DNA from: Myxococcota bacterium | Lineage (GTDB): Bacteria; Myxococcota_A; Polyangia; Nannocystales; Nannocystaceae | Reading direction: 5' to 3' | DNA length: 33,419 nucleotides | NCBI GenBank assembly: GCA_039028615.1 | Contig: JBCCHT010000073.1 | Span: 1-33,419, forward strand | Shown here: positions 1-8,067 of the stretch, in pieces | Layout of the letters: the number at the start of each line of letters is the position of its first letter | Numbering within the stretch: position 1 is the stretch's first letter | The notes under the pieces: model-generated | The model's database searches: none | The model's input: the letters and a program-made list of their open reading frames with translations, nothing else | What the model was told of the DNA's origin: nothing | Made by a program: the position numbers and the translations under genes

Positions 1-461
1 CGAGGAGCCAGCCGAGCAGGATGCTTCCGCCGATGGCGAAGGCGATGCCGTTGATGACGACGAGGAGAGTGCGGAGGAAGCTGGCGCGAGGCAGGTCGTG
101 GGTGGGCTCGGGTTCGTCGGCCTCGTGTCGTCGCGCTGGAGTCGGCTGTGGCCAGGGTTTACGGAGGTCGGAATGGCCTTCGCGGGCCTCATCGTGGGCT
201 GGCTCGTCGCTGGGTCCGTCTTCAGTGCCTTCGGCAGTGGCCCCTGGAGCCTCGTCCTGGGCCCCATCATCACCGGTGTCGCGGCCCTCTTCTACGCCAA
301 GGTCGGCCCCCGCTGGGCCCGAGCCGCCGACGGCCGCGACGACGACGAACCCGAGCCCACCCACGACCTGCCTCGCGCCAGCTTCCTCCGCACTCTCCTC
401 GTCGTCATCAACGGCATCGCCTTCGCCATCGGCGGAAGCATCCTGCTCGGCTGGCTCCTCG
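1..461. repeat. Perfect 119-bp inverted repeat (1..119 is the reverse complement of 343..461)
   Basis: Base-by-base comparison: the reverse complement of 1..119 (cgacgaacccgagcccacccacgacctg...ctggctcctcg) equals 343..461, and the match breaks at 120/342. ORFs 21..548(+) and 292..546(-) share the peptide MLPPMAKAMPLMTTRRVRRKLARGRSWVGSGSS. Confidence 0.95.
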
Positions 462-832
462 AGGCCGTCGGATTGTCCGTCCAGGAGCAGGGGACCGTGC
501 TCGACGTCGTCGAGCGGTCGGGCGGAGGCCTCAGCACCGAAGCCATGACTCTCGCGGTTTCCGCGCTGCTTCTGGCGCCGGTTGCCGAGGAGTGGTTGTT
601 CCGGGGGTTGTTGTTCCGCCGCGTCGCCGCGCGCTCAGGGCGCGTGGTCGCCTATACGCTGACCGCCCTCGGGTTTGCCGCGCTCCACGTGAACCCCACC
701 GGGATCTTCATCTACGCCTGGCTCGGGCTGGTGTTTGCCGCCGTGTACGAGCGGACCGGGTGGCTCGGGGCTGCGATCGCGGTGCACATGGGCAACAACG
801 CGTTCGTGCTCGGCGTGCTGTTTTACGGATGA
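98..832 (+). CDS. CPBP/CAAX (Abi) family intramembrane glutamic metalloprotease, 5' end probably truncated by the inverted segment
   Basis: Multiple hydrophobic helices and the motifs PVAEEWLFRG (EExxxR), FAALH (FxxxH) and VHMGNN (HxxxN). Confidence 0.9.
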   Translation: MGGLGFVGLVSSRWSRLWPGFTEVGMAFAGLIVGWLVAGSVFSAFGSGPWSLVLGPIITGVAALFYAKVGPRWARAADGRDDDEPEPTHDLPRASFLRTLLVVINGIAFAIGGSILLGWLLEAVGLSVQEQGTVLDVVERSGGGLSTEAMTLAVSALLLAPVAEEWLFRGLLFRRVAARSGRVVAYTLTALGFAALHVNPTGIFIYAWLGLVFAAVYERTGWLGAAIAVHMGNNAFVLGVLFYG

Positions 833-951
833 GTGGCAGCGGGCTCGTCCGGGCTGCGCCCAGCCTCGGTATTTTGCTCGGCCGAGGGTGTGGCTGGAGC
901 GGTGATTTGGCCGGGATGTGAGGGTTCGCGCTTTGTTTGGTTGCCAGGGGG

Positions 952-980
952 TTGCGGGGGGGCGCCGGCGTTGCTAAGTC
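952..980 (+). promoter_or_regulatory. Possible sigma70-type promoter of the tRNA
   Basis: TTGCGG (952-957), a 17-bp spacer, then TAAGTC (975-980) with an extended -10 TG at 972-973. It ends 23 bp upstream of the tRNA. Confidence 0.35.
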
Positions 981-1003
981 TCGCGGCCCGAAAAACGGCT
1001 CAT

Positions 1004-1077
<74 letters not shown>

Positions 1078-1084
1078 CCCAGAT

Positions 1085-1107
1085 AAACCCCGCTTTGCGG
1101 GGTTTTT
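1085..1107 (+). terminator. Rho-independent terminator after the tRNA, possibly bidirectional for the convergent operon
   Basis: AAACCCCGC-TTT-GCGGGGTTT hairpin ending in a T5 run. Confidence 0.85.
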
Positions 1108-1173
1108 CTGATTTCGGGGGGTGGGTGGTGCGGCTTGGTGAAGCAGCGCCAGCGCCAAGGGTCGCAGACCCGT

Positions 1174-1854
1174 TCACCCCCCGTAGCGTTCCTTCAAGGC
1201 TTCGGCTGTTGGCGGTTGGAGCACGCCGTCGACCTCGAGGCCCTCTCGCCGTTGGAACGCTCGAAGCGCCAAAGACAGGGGATCACCCGCTTGGTCGCCG
1301 CTCGGCGTTGCATCTCCCGCCTCGTCGGCATCGCCCGTACCAGGATCGCCGAAACCGAGGTTGATGAGCCGCGCATGGGCTCCCTTGGATTCCTCCACGG
1401 GCCCCAGGCCGCCGATGGACAGCTCGTACGTCGTCGAGTGCATCAGCGTCAGCGTGGCTTTGTCGTCGCCGGGTCGCAGCGGCACCTCGAGCGCCCCCTC
1501 GCTGTCCGGGCCGAGCTCGCCTTCGAAGGTGCGGTCGCCGATCGTCAGCGAGTAGGGCACGGGCCCGAACACGGCGATGAACGGAACCACGCCGCCCAAG
1601 CGTAGGCGGAGGACATCGTCGGGGCGGATCTTGAACCGCACGCGCTGGCCCGACGCGACCTCGATGCCGGCCGGGTCGTCGTCGCCGGGAAGCGTGACCT
1701 CGTCGCCGACCATCAGCAGATCGGGAGACGAACGAAGCTCCCGGAGCTGGGCGTTGACGGGGTGCTCCCACAGGGCGGACCCGTGCTCGAAGCCGTAGCG
1801 GGCCGCGATGCTCCCGAGCCAGTCCCCGGGTTGGACTCGATGGGTACGTTTCAT
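1174..1854 (-). CDS. LysM + beta-sandwich + C-terminal peptidoglycan-binding (PG_binding_1-like) protein, 226 aa
   Basis: The true start is the ATG at 1854, overlapping the upstream stop (ATGA). The N-terminus HRVQPGDWLGSIAARYG...PDLLMVGDEVTLP is LysM-like. The C-terminus ARLINLGF...ALRAFQRREGLEVDGVLQPPTAEAL is PG_binding_1-like. No signal peptide. Confidence 0.85.
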   Translation of the reverse strand: MKRTHRVQPGDWLGSIAARYGFEHGSALWEHPVNAQLRELRSSPDLLMVGDEVTLPGDDDPAGIEVASGQRVRFKIRPDDVLRLRLGGVVPFIAVFGPVPYSLTIGDRTFEGELGPDSEGALEVPLRPGDDKATLTLMHSTTYELSIGGLGPVEESKGAHARLINLGFGDPGTGDADEAGDATPSGDQAGDPLSLALRAFQRREGLEVDGVLQPPTAEALKERYGG

Positions 1855-2591
1855 TTCGCCCACGGGTTGGTCTCGTCCCAGGTGCGGACTTCGCCCTTGT
1901 CCTCGAACGGCGCCCATTCGGGTCCCGGGACTTTGTCGATCAAGACGTGGATGGACGACCAGAACGGACGGCCCGGCTCCCACGTCATGGAGACCTGGCG
2001 TGAGGGGTACGGGCGGCCATCGCGGCGAACCACGGACATCTCGACGACGAACGCATCGTCGACTTTCGTGACCGACTGAGTGAGGGCGCCGTCGAAGAAG
2101 GAATGTTCTGCGCCCGCGATGAGCGGGAACCTGGGCCACCACGGAATCACGTGGATACCGGCGTCGCCGTGCAGGGTGAGGTAGGGGAGGAAGGGAATCG
2201 GCGTCTTGGGCTCGCTGTGACTCTTTTCCGTGGATTCCATCAGCACGCCCGATTCGTGCACCTTGATGACCCAGGCGTTTTTCAGCGGCTTTCCGTGCCA
2301 ATCGAGTTCCGTGACCGAGATCGTCGCGACTCCAGTGCTCGAGACATCCTCGACGCGATAGCGCCATCGAAACTCGGTTGGGAACGGAGTGAAGTGACCG
2401 TCCATCGAGGATGCGAAGGAGTGCAACTCCACGGCCCAGGTTTGCCCCTGTGTCCATTTCGGAACGAAGCCGTCGGCTTCTGCGGTGACCTCAATGGCTT
2501 CACTCGCGTGGGAGATCGGGTCCGTTTCTTCTCCTGTGGGGGTGCAGGCCCAGCCGACCGCGAGAAACCAAAGGAGGCCCCGAGACTTCAT
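1851..2591 (-). CDS. Lipoprotein paralog 2, 246 aa, putative immunity protein
   Basis: Signal peptide/lipobox MKSRGLLWFLAVGWA-C. Collinear with 2642..3382 (shared FVPxWxxGQTW, WRYRVE, IHVIPxWPRFP, GRPFWS, GEVRTWDETNPWAK). An in-frame upstream ATG at 2645 is also possible. The immunity role is inferred from position only. Confidence 0.8.
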   Translation of the reverse strand: MKSRGLLWFLAVGWACTPTGEETDPISHASEAIEVTAEADGFVPKWTQGQTWAVELHSFASSMDGHFTPFPTEFRWRYRVEDVSSTGVATISVTELDWHGKPLKNAWVIKVHESGVLMESTEKSHSEPKTPIPFLPYLTLHGDAGIHVIPWWPRFPLIAGAEHSFFDGALTQSVTKVDDAFVVEMSVVRRDGRPYPSRQVSMTWEPGRPFWSSIHVLIDKVPGPEWAPFEDKGEVRTWDETNPWAK

Positions 2592-2641
2592 GACTGCCTC
2601 CGAAGCGGCAGGAGTTCGAGATCGCGCTCGGTCGGAGCGTT

Positions 2642-3382
2642 TCATTTCGCCCACGGGTTGGTCTCGTCCCAGGTACGGACTTCGCCTCGATGCTCGAACG
2701 GCACCTCATCTGCGCCGGAATCCCTCTTCCGGATGATCTCGACCCTCGACCAGAACGGACGGCCACGCTCCCACTCCATGGCGAGGTGGCGCGAGGGGTA
2801 CTCGCCCCCGTCTCGATTGCGCGTGACCAGTTCGATGTGGAACACGTCATCGACCTCTCGCACCGACTGAGTCAGCGTGCCGTCATAGAATGAAAGTTCT
2901 TGGCCGTCGAAGATGGGAAACCGGGGCCAGCACGGAATGACATGAATGGCGCTGACCTGATGTGGCGGGAGATACGGGACGAACGGAAGCGGGAACTGGG
3001 GCTCGGCCGCGGGCTCGGCTGATTCAACGATAAAACCCGAACGGTGGATCCTCGATGTGTACGTGTCGTAGACCTCCCGGTTTTCGCGTATGGAATGTTC
3101 CCTGATCGAGACGGAGACCACTCCAATGTCAGAGACGCTCTCGACCCGGTAGCGCCACTCATCCCTGACCAGTTCCGGAGTTGGATCTGTGTTCATCGAT
3201 GGGAAGAAGGAGTAGACATCGACCACCCATGTCTGTCCCGGTTCCCAAAGGGGAACGAAGCCGTTGGCCTCGGCGGTAGCCTCGACCGTTGTATTCGCGC
3301 CGGAGCGCGGGGCCATATCCTCTCCTGCGGCGGTGCAGCCCCAGCCGACCGCTAAGGACCAAAGGAGGCTCCGAGATCTCAT
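2642..3382 (-). CDS. Lipoprotein paralog 1, 246 aa, putative cognate immunity protein
   Basis: Signal peptide/lipobox MRSRSLLWSLAVGWG-C. Its ATG overlaps the stop of the upstream enzyme gene (ATGA). Paralog of 1851..2591. Confidence 0.8.
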   Translation of the reverse strand: MRSRSLLWSLAVGWGCTAAGEDMAPRSGANTTVEATAEANGFVPLWEPGQTWVVDVYSFFPSMNTDPTPELVRDEWRYRVESVSDIGVVSVSIREHSIRENREVYDTYTSRIHRSGFIVESAEPAAEPQFPLPFVPYLPPHQVSAIHVIPCWPRFPIFDGQELSFYDGTLTQSVREVDDVFHIELVTRNRDGGEYPSRHLAMEWERGRPFWSRVEIIRKRDSGADEVPFEHRGEVRTWDETNPWAK

Positions 3383-4767
3383 GGCTGTCTCCGAAGCGGC
3401 AGGAGTTCGAGGATGTGCTCGCGGAGCACGTGAGGATTACCCCCGTCCGGCCTTGGTGCGTGTCGAACGTCGTGGGGCAGACCGTTGAACGTTGCGGCGT
3501 ATCGGGGCACATGGACCTTCTCTCCGCTAGGGGAGACGACACTACGCCAAAGTTGGTCCGGTGAGTCGCGGTCGATGCCTCCGAACCGATTGTACCGAAT
3601 ACGGTAGCGAAGAACTCGCCAGGTCTTGTCCGAGGTCAGGCTGACGGTCGCAGTCCGCCCTGTTCCGTGAACCTCCGCAGGAAAACCACGGCACGTCATG
3701 TTGTCGATGTCGAGCGCGTCCGCGTTGGCGTACAAGATCGTCTGGCCTTCGACCAGGTCGGGCTCATGGACATTGGACTGCCATAGCGATGTTTCGTAGC
3801 GAAACACGGCGTGATTCCAGACCTCGTCAAACTCGTTTCCCGTCGCGTCGCGGAGGTCCATGATCAGAGCGTCGCCGATTCCTTCGAACTGCTGCCGCAG
3901 GGCCTCGAGCAGTTCGGCGATGCCCTCCTCTGGCGCGGTACCGAACTCTTCGGGGGCGTCGCTGGGTTTCCGCTCGTGGAATCGGCCGACCGTCGTCACT
4001 TCCTTATTCATGATCCACTTGGCAAAGGAGATCTTGTGTTGGGCGGTGACCTCGGCTGCCAACAACTTCAGTTCCTCGCAGCTAAAGTGCACTCCGTTGT
4101 GCGTCAATCCCTCGGAGGGAGGGGGGGCGAACAACACCGAAGCGGGTGCTGCATCGTCGCAGTGTCCGGCCCAGTGCTTTCGACTCTTGTGCAAGTCGCT
4201 GTGAAAACGTCGCTCCCATTCCACTGCGCCTGTGACACCGAAGGCCTTCTCGTATTTCTCGAGTGGCCGGAATTGAGCGCTCGCCCAGGCGGTTGCGTCG
4301 GGGCCGGCCTCCGTGGTGCGGGAGTAGGGGAAGAACCAGAAGTTCCAGGGGATGAACGGGGTCCCGTCGGGGTTCCGAGCCTGCCCCACGTCCACGAAGC
4401 GGGCGTACAGCTGATATTTGCCCGAGGGCGCGTTCATGTAGACGAAGAACAGGCCGTTGCCGCGACGACCCGCGGGGATTTCGAGACGCAGCGGCTGAAG
4501 CGGATCTTTCATCGCGTGGATGAACCCGTGGGGATCCATGACCTTGAAGTCGATGCCGTCGCGCCAGTCTTTTGTGCCGGGAGGCGGCACGAGGTCGTCG
4601 ATGCCGAGGCCGATGACGAGGGTACCGCCCAGGTTGCTGGGGACCTGCACCCGATGAATGCCAAACGATTGCTTCACGGTGATCGCGGATCTCCGTGAGG
4701 GCATGAGCCGCAACGGCTTCACCACCTCGAGGCTGTTGAGCATGTTCGGGGCCACGATGGTGGACAT
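3379..4767 (-). CDS. Transglutaminase-elicitor (GP42)-like cysteine enzyme with an N-terminal beta-sandwich, putative effector
   Basis: Ordered motifs typical of the TGase_elicitor family: PWNFWFFP, PLEKYEKAFG, WAGHC..AAPAS, ELKLL, IMD...EVWNH, Y+Y.I. No signal peptide. Confidence 0.7.
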   Translation of the reverse strand: MSTIVAPNMLNSLEVVKPLRLMPSRRSAITVKQSFGIHRVQVPSNLGGTLVIGLGIDDLVPPPGTKDWRDGIDFKVMDPHGFIHAMKDPLQPLRLEIPAGRRGNGLFFVYMNAPSGKYQLYARFVDVGQARNPDGTPFIPWNFWFFPYSRTTEAGPDATAWASAQFRPLEKYEKAFGVTGAVEWERRFHSDLHKSRKHWAGHCDDAAPASVLFAPPPSEGLTHNGVHFSCEELKLLAAEVTAQHKISFAKWIMNKEVTTVGRFHERKPSDAPEEFGTAPEEGIAELLEALRQQFEGIGDALIMDLRDATGNEFDEVWNHAVFRYETSLWQSNVHEPDLVEGQTILYANADALDIDNMTCRGFPAEVHGTGRTATVSLTSDKTWRVLRYRIRYNRFGGIDRDSPDQLWRSVVSPSGEKVHVPRYAATFNGLPHDVRHAPRPDGGNPHVLREHILELLPLRRQP

Positions 4768-4769
4768 GG

Positions 4770-6170
4770 CTAGTCGCTCCCTCGCAGGGGGCTGGAGGTG
4801 GCGACCTGGAAGCCGCGCCCGAGGTCGGGGAAGTCGACACGAAGCGTGCCGGGGGGCAGTCGTTCGATGCGGGCGGTGCCGTGCTCATCCAGCGTGCCGT
4901 CGGCGAGCACACCCATGGGTAGTCGGACGGTGTAGCGCGCATGGGGGACGGGTTGGTCGGCTTTGTCGACCAGCTCGATCTCTAGAGCGTGGGCCCCGAG
5001 CACCCGCTCGTAGGTTTCGTACGCGCGCAGCCGCCAGGTGAGGTACGCGTCGTCGTCGGCGCCCGAGGTCGGCCCGGGAAGCTCCGGCTGGATGCCCATC
5101 GAGTCGCCGAAGAAGAACAACTCGACCCGTCGGTCGATGGGGTCGTCGTTGCCGTCGCTCGGAGCCCGGTCGAGCTCGTGCCCGGAGGCGGCGAGGGGAA
5201 AAGCCTCACCGCACCCGTGAACTTCGACCGAGGCACCCTTGGGCAGGGTGGTGCCGTCGACCTGCATGGTCTCGGTGACGAGCGCGCGCCTCGTATTCGG
5301 GCCCATGATGCCGTCGGCGACGAGGCCACGGGTTTGCTGGAACCACTCGATGGGATCGACGCCGGCCGGGCGCTCAGATGCATCGGCGAGTGCGTCGAGC
5401 ATGTGGCGATCTTCGGCCTCGCCCCACGGTGACAGGCCGGCCGCGCCCTGGCCGTAGCGGGCAAGCCAGGCGTCGACGTCGTCGGTGACGAATGCGGCCA
5501 CGTTGCGAGCTCTTGCCAGGGAGAGGGTGTCGTTGTCGGCCGCGGTGCCCACGGTATCGGTGTGGCCGACGACGAGCACGCGGCAAGGCGCGCAGCGGTC
5601 GTAGAGCGCTCGCATCTCGGCCACCGCCTCGCGGGAGATGGGGAGCAGGAAGTCCCGGTTGGTCTCGAAGAACATGCCGACCATGCGCCCCAGGACGACG
5701 AAGGGCTGGATGCTGAGCGTCTGTGGTTGTTCGGGACTCAACATCACCGGGCCGAGCAGGTCATCGCGGTAGTGCAGGACCTGTACGCCGTCGTCTTTGC
5801 CGAGCATGGGCCGAGGGGCAGGCGGCGACCATCGCTGCCGCAGCGTGTCTCGCAGGGCCGGAGCGGCGCTCAGCGACACGGTCGCGGAGCGCCCACGAGC
5901 GGGATCGAGACGGGCGCGACCGTTCGACCCCGTGCGCACGCGATGTGTCTGGCCATCGTTGTCGAGTACGACATCGATGCCGGCCAGAGGCTCGCCGTAC
6001 GGACCTACGACGTGGACCTCGAACCATGTCTCCTCCTGGAGGGGCGGCGCGGTGGGCAGGACGGGAGCGATGGGCTCGTCGGAGAGGGTGGATAGCGGCA
6101 CCACTTTGGGCGAGTCGAGCAAGGGAGCGGGCCCCTCCAGTCTCACCAGCTGGACTCGACCGGACGCCAT
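4770..6170 (-). CDS. OmpA-C-like domain with an inserted PG-binding domain, flanked by two transthyretin-like/carboxypeptidase-regulatory-like beta-sandwiches
   Basis: OmpA-C motifs FETNRDFL, VVGHTDTVG..ADNDTLSLARA, GCGE..P and DRRVE. PG-binding insert WFQQTRGLVADGIMGPNTRRAL. Flanking domains WFEVHVVGPYGEPLAG...RTGSNGRARLD and LEIELVDKADQPVPHARYTVRLP..GTLDEHGTARIERLPPGTLRVDFP. Confidence 0.8.
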   Translation of the reverse strand: MASGRVQLVRLEGPAPLLDSPKVVPLSTLSDEPIAPVLPTAPPLQEETWFEVHVVGPYGEPLAGIDVVLDNDGQTHRVRTGSNGRARLDPARGRSATVSLSAAPALRDTLRQRWSPPAPRPMLGKDDGVQVLHYRDDLLGPVMLSPEQPQTLSIQPFVVLGRMVGMFFETNRDFLLPISREAVAEMRALYDRCAPCRVLVVGHTDTVGTAADNDTLSLARARNVAAFVTDDVDAWLARYGQGAAGLSPWGEAEDRHMLDALADASERPAGVDPIEWFQQTRGLVADGIMGPNTRRALVTETMQVDGTTLPKGASVEVHGCGEAFPLAASGHELDRAPSDGNDDPIDRRVELFFFGDSMGIQPELPGPTSGADDDAYLTWRLRAYETYERVLGAHALEIELVDKADQPVPHARYTVRLPMGVLADGTLDEHGTARIERLPPGTLRVDFPDLGRGFQVATSSPLRGSD

Positions 6171-6386
6171 GAGCTTGGCCAGCTGCTGGATCGCCGCCTC
6201 GAGTGCGACTTCTTCATCGGACTCTGTGGAGCCGCCCGCGTGTTCGATGAGCGCAGCACGCTGTTACTCGTCTGCGGCCGCGGCTCGGAGCCACCGGGCC
6301 GCGGCTTCTTGCTCGGTGACCGGGAGGAGGTCGGAGCGGTTCACGAGGATGTACCCGTCGAGGCCGCGGAGTCGTCGCACAGGCAT
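6171..6386 (-). pseudogene. In-frame N-terminal extension of the OmpA-like gene interrupted by a TAA at 6264-6266
   Basis: The ATG at 6386 is 72 codons in frame with the ATG at 6170. It translates as MPVRRLRGLDGYILVNRSDLLPVTEQEAAARWLRAAAADE*QRAALIEHAGGSTESDEEVALEAAIQQLAKL-MASGR..., protein-like on both sides of one stop. Confidence 0.6.
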
Positions 6387-6729
6387 GTCGCTATCCGAAA
6401 GGGGTGCTCAGGCTCATTCCGACGGTACCGATGGGAGCGGCTGCGAAGCAAGGCGGGACTGGGCGCGGTTTTGGGTGACTCCCGTCTATGTAGTCGAACC
6501 GGTGGGAGGAATTGGACGGAAGATTCGCGGAAGAAAACGAAGACATTCTCGCGGGCGCTGTTTGGAGTTGCCGCGACCATGGCGTCCATCAACAGGACCT
6601 GCCGCGCAGCCCGGCCCGTATCGGCCTCCGTGGTCTCGTGGGGTGAAGCGAGGTAGGTTCTTCGCCGTCCCCAGGTTCGTGCGGTCGAGGCCCCAGAACC
6701 CCTGCGCGACGCGATACGGAGGAACAACC

Positions 6730-8067
6730 ATGCAGTGCGAGAAGACGATCAGCAGCGCGGTGCTCTTGCTGGCGATGGCGTGCACGCCCAAGAAACCCTC
6801 GGCGCCACCTCCAACGCCCTCCCCGCCGCCTGCGATTGAGCAGCCCGAGCCGGCCGAGCCGGCCGACCCGATCGAGGCGTTGGGCAAGGCCCTATGCGAT
6901 GGCCGCATCGACGACGCCCACGCCCTGCTCCGGCCGGGTACGACACGAGAGGACCTCGAGGCCGAGTGGGGAACGCTGGTCGAGCGCTGGGGCGAGTGTT
7001 CGAAGCTCGCAACGGTCAGCACCGCCTACGACGGCACGGTGCAGCTGCTGTTCTTTGCGTTCGGGAACGTACTGGTGCCCCTGCGAATGCTTCAGGCGGA
7101 CGACGGACAACCGAAGTCCCTGCGCTGGATGCACTGGGAGCCGCCAAGCGGGTTCGATACGTCGACGTTCGAGGAGCGCATCGTGACGTTGCCCGACGAC
7201 GAGTGGCCGCTCGAGGCGATCGCCACGGTCCCGGCCGAGCCGAAGGCCTGGGTGGTGCTCGTTCACGGCTCGGGGCCGCACGATCGTGACTCGAAGATGG
7301 GCCCCAATCGTCCTTTTCGGGACTTGGCCTGGGGCTTGGCGGGGCACGGAATCGCCAGCCTGCGCTATGACAAGCGGACCTTTGTGCACGCCAATGCGAT
7401 GGCGGAGGTGCCGGAGGGGATCAGTGTCGGCAATGTGGTGATCGACGACGCGGTCCGAGCGGCTGCGGCGGCGCGTGAACTCGCCGACGGGCTGCCCCTC
7501 GTCGTGGCCGGCCATAGCCTCGGAGGGCACTTGCTGCCGTGGATCGGCCGCGAGGTCCCCGACGCGGATGGCTTGGTCTTTCTCGCCGGCAATGTTTCTC
7601 CGCTGCATCGATTGGCCCTGCAGCAGGTGAAGTACCTGGCCGAACTCGATGGCCGCATCTCGTATACGGAGAAGGCCAACATCATGGTGATGGGCAATCT
7701 CGTGGAGACGATCGACGAACTCGATGCTTCCTCTCCTCGCACCGACATGACCATGGGGGTGCCGAACGGGTTTTGGGCTGACCTCAACGCGTACGATCCG
7801 GTCGCGACGCTACTCGAGTTGCCTCAGCCCGCGCTGTTCATCCAGGCCGAGCGCGACTACCAGGTCGACATGGCTCAGCTCGAGAAGTGGAAATCGGGAC
7901 TCGGGGACCGGCCGGCGACTCGCTACGAGGTCCTGCCCGCGCTCAACCACCTGATGATGGCGGGCGAAGGCGAGCCGAACCCGAGCGAGTACCAGACGCC
8001 CGGGCATGTCGATGCAAAGGTCATCGACGTCATGGCCGACTGGATCGTCGGGCTCGGTTCCCGCTGA
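6730..8067 (+). CDS. Lipoprotein alpha/beta hydrolase (esterase/peptidase) with a DUF3887-like N-terminal region
   Basis: ATG at 6730, lipobox LAMA-C, Pro-rich linker, VLVHGSGPHDRD, LRYDKR, nucleophile GHSLGG, DYQV acid and LNHLM His. Confidence 0.88.
   Translation: MQCEKTISSAVLLLAMACTPKKPSAPPPTPSPPPAIEQPEPAEPADPIEALGKALCDGRIDDAHALLRPGTTREDLEAEWGTLVERWGECSKLATVSTAYDGTVQLLFFAFGNVLVPLRMLQADDGQPKSLRWMHWEPPSGFDTSTFEERIVTLPDDEWPLEAIATVPAEPKAWVVLVHGSGPHDRDSKMGPNRPFRDLAWGLAGHGIASLRYDKRTFVHANAMAEVPEGISVGNVVIDDAVRAAAAARELADGLPLVVAGHSLGGHLLPWIGREVPDADGLVFLAGNVSPLHRLALQQVKYLAELDGRISYTEKANIMVMGNLVETIDELDASSPRTDMTMGVPNGFWADLNAYDPVATLLELPQPALFIQAERDYQVDMAQLEKWKSGLGDRPATRYEVLPALNHLMMAGEGEPNPSEYQTPGHVDAKVIDVMADWIVGLGSR

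Larger units (their letters stand above)
1847..3411. repeat. Diverged tandem duplication with a 791-bp period
   Basis: 1847..1895 matches 2638..2686 (49 bp, 1 mismatch) and 2588..2620 matches 3379..3411 (33 bp, 2 mismatches). Both pairs are offset by exactly 791 bp. Confidence 0.9.

Noticed and set aside
1855..2457. N-terminal extension of the 427-aa ORF 1174..2457
   Set aside because: It overlaps the lipoprotein gene in another frame. The LysM domain starts at the ATG at 1854.
5797..6729. N-terminal part of the 756-aa ORF 5797..8067
   Set aside because: It is antisense to the OmpA-like gene and crosses the intergenic region. The signal peptide begins at the ATG at 6730.
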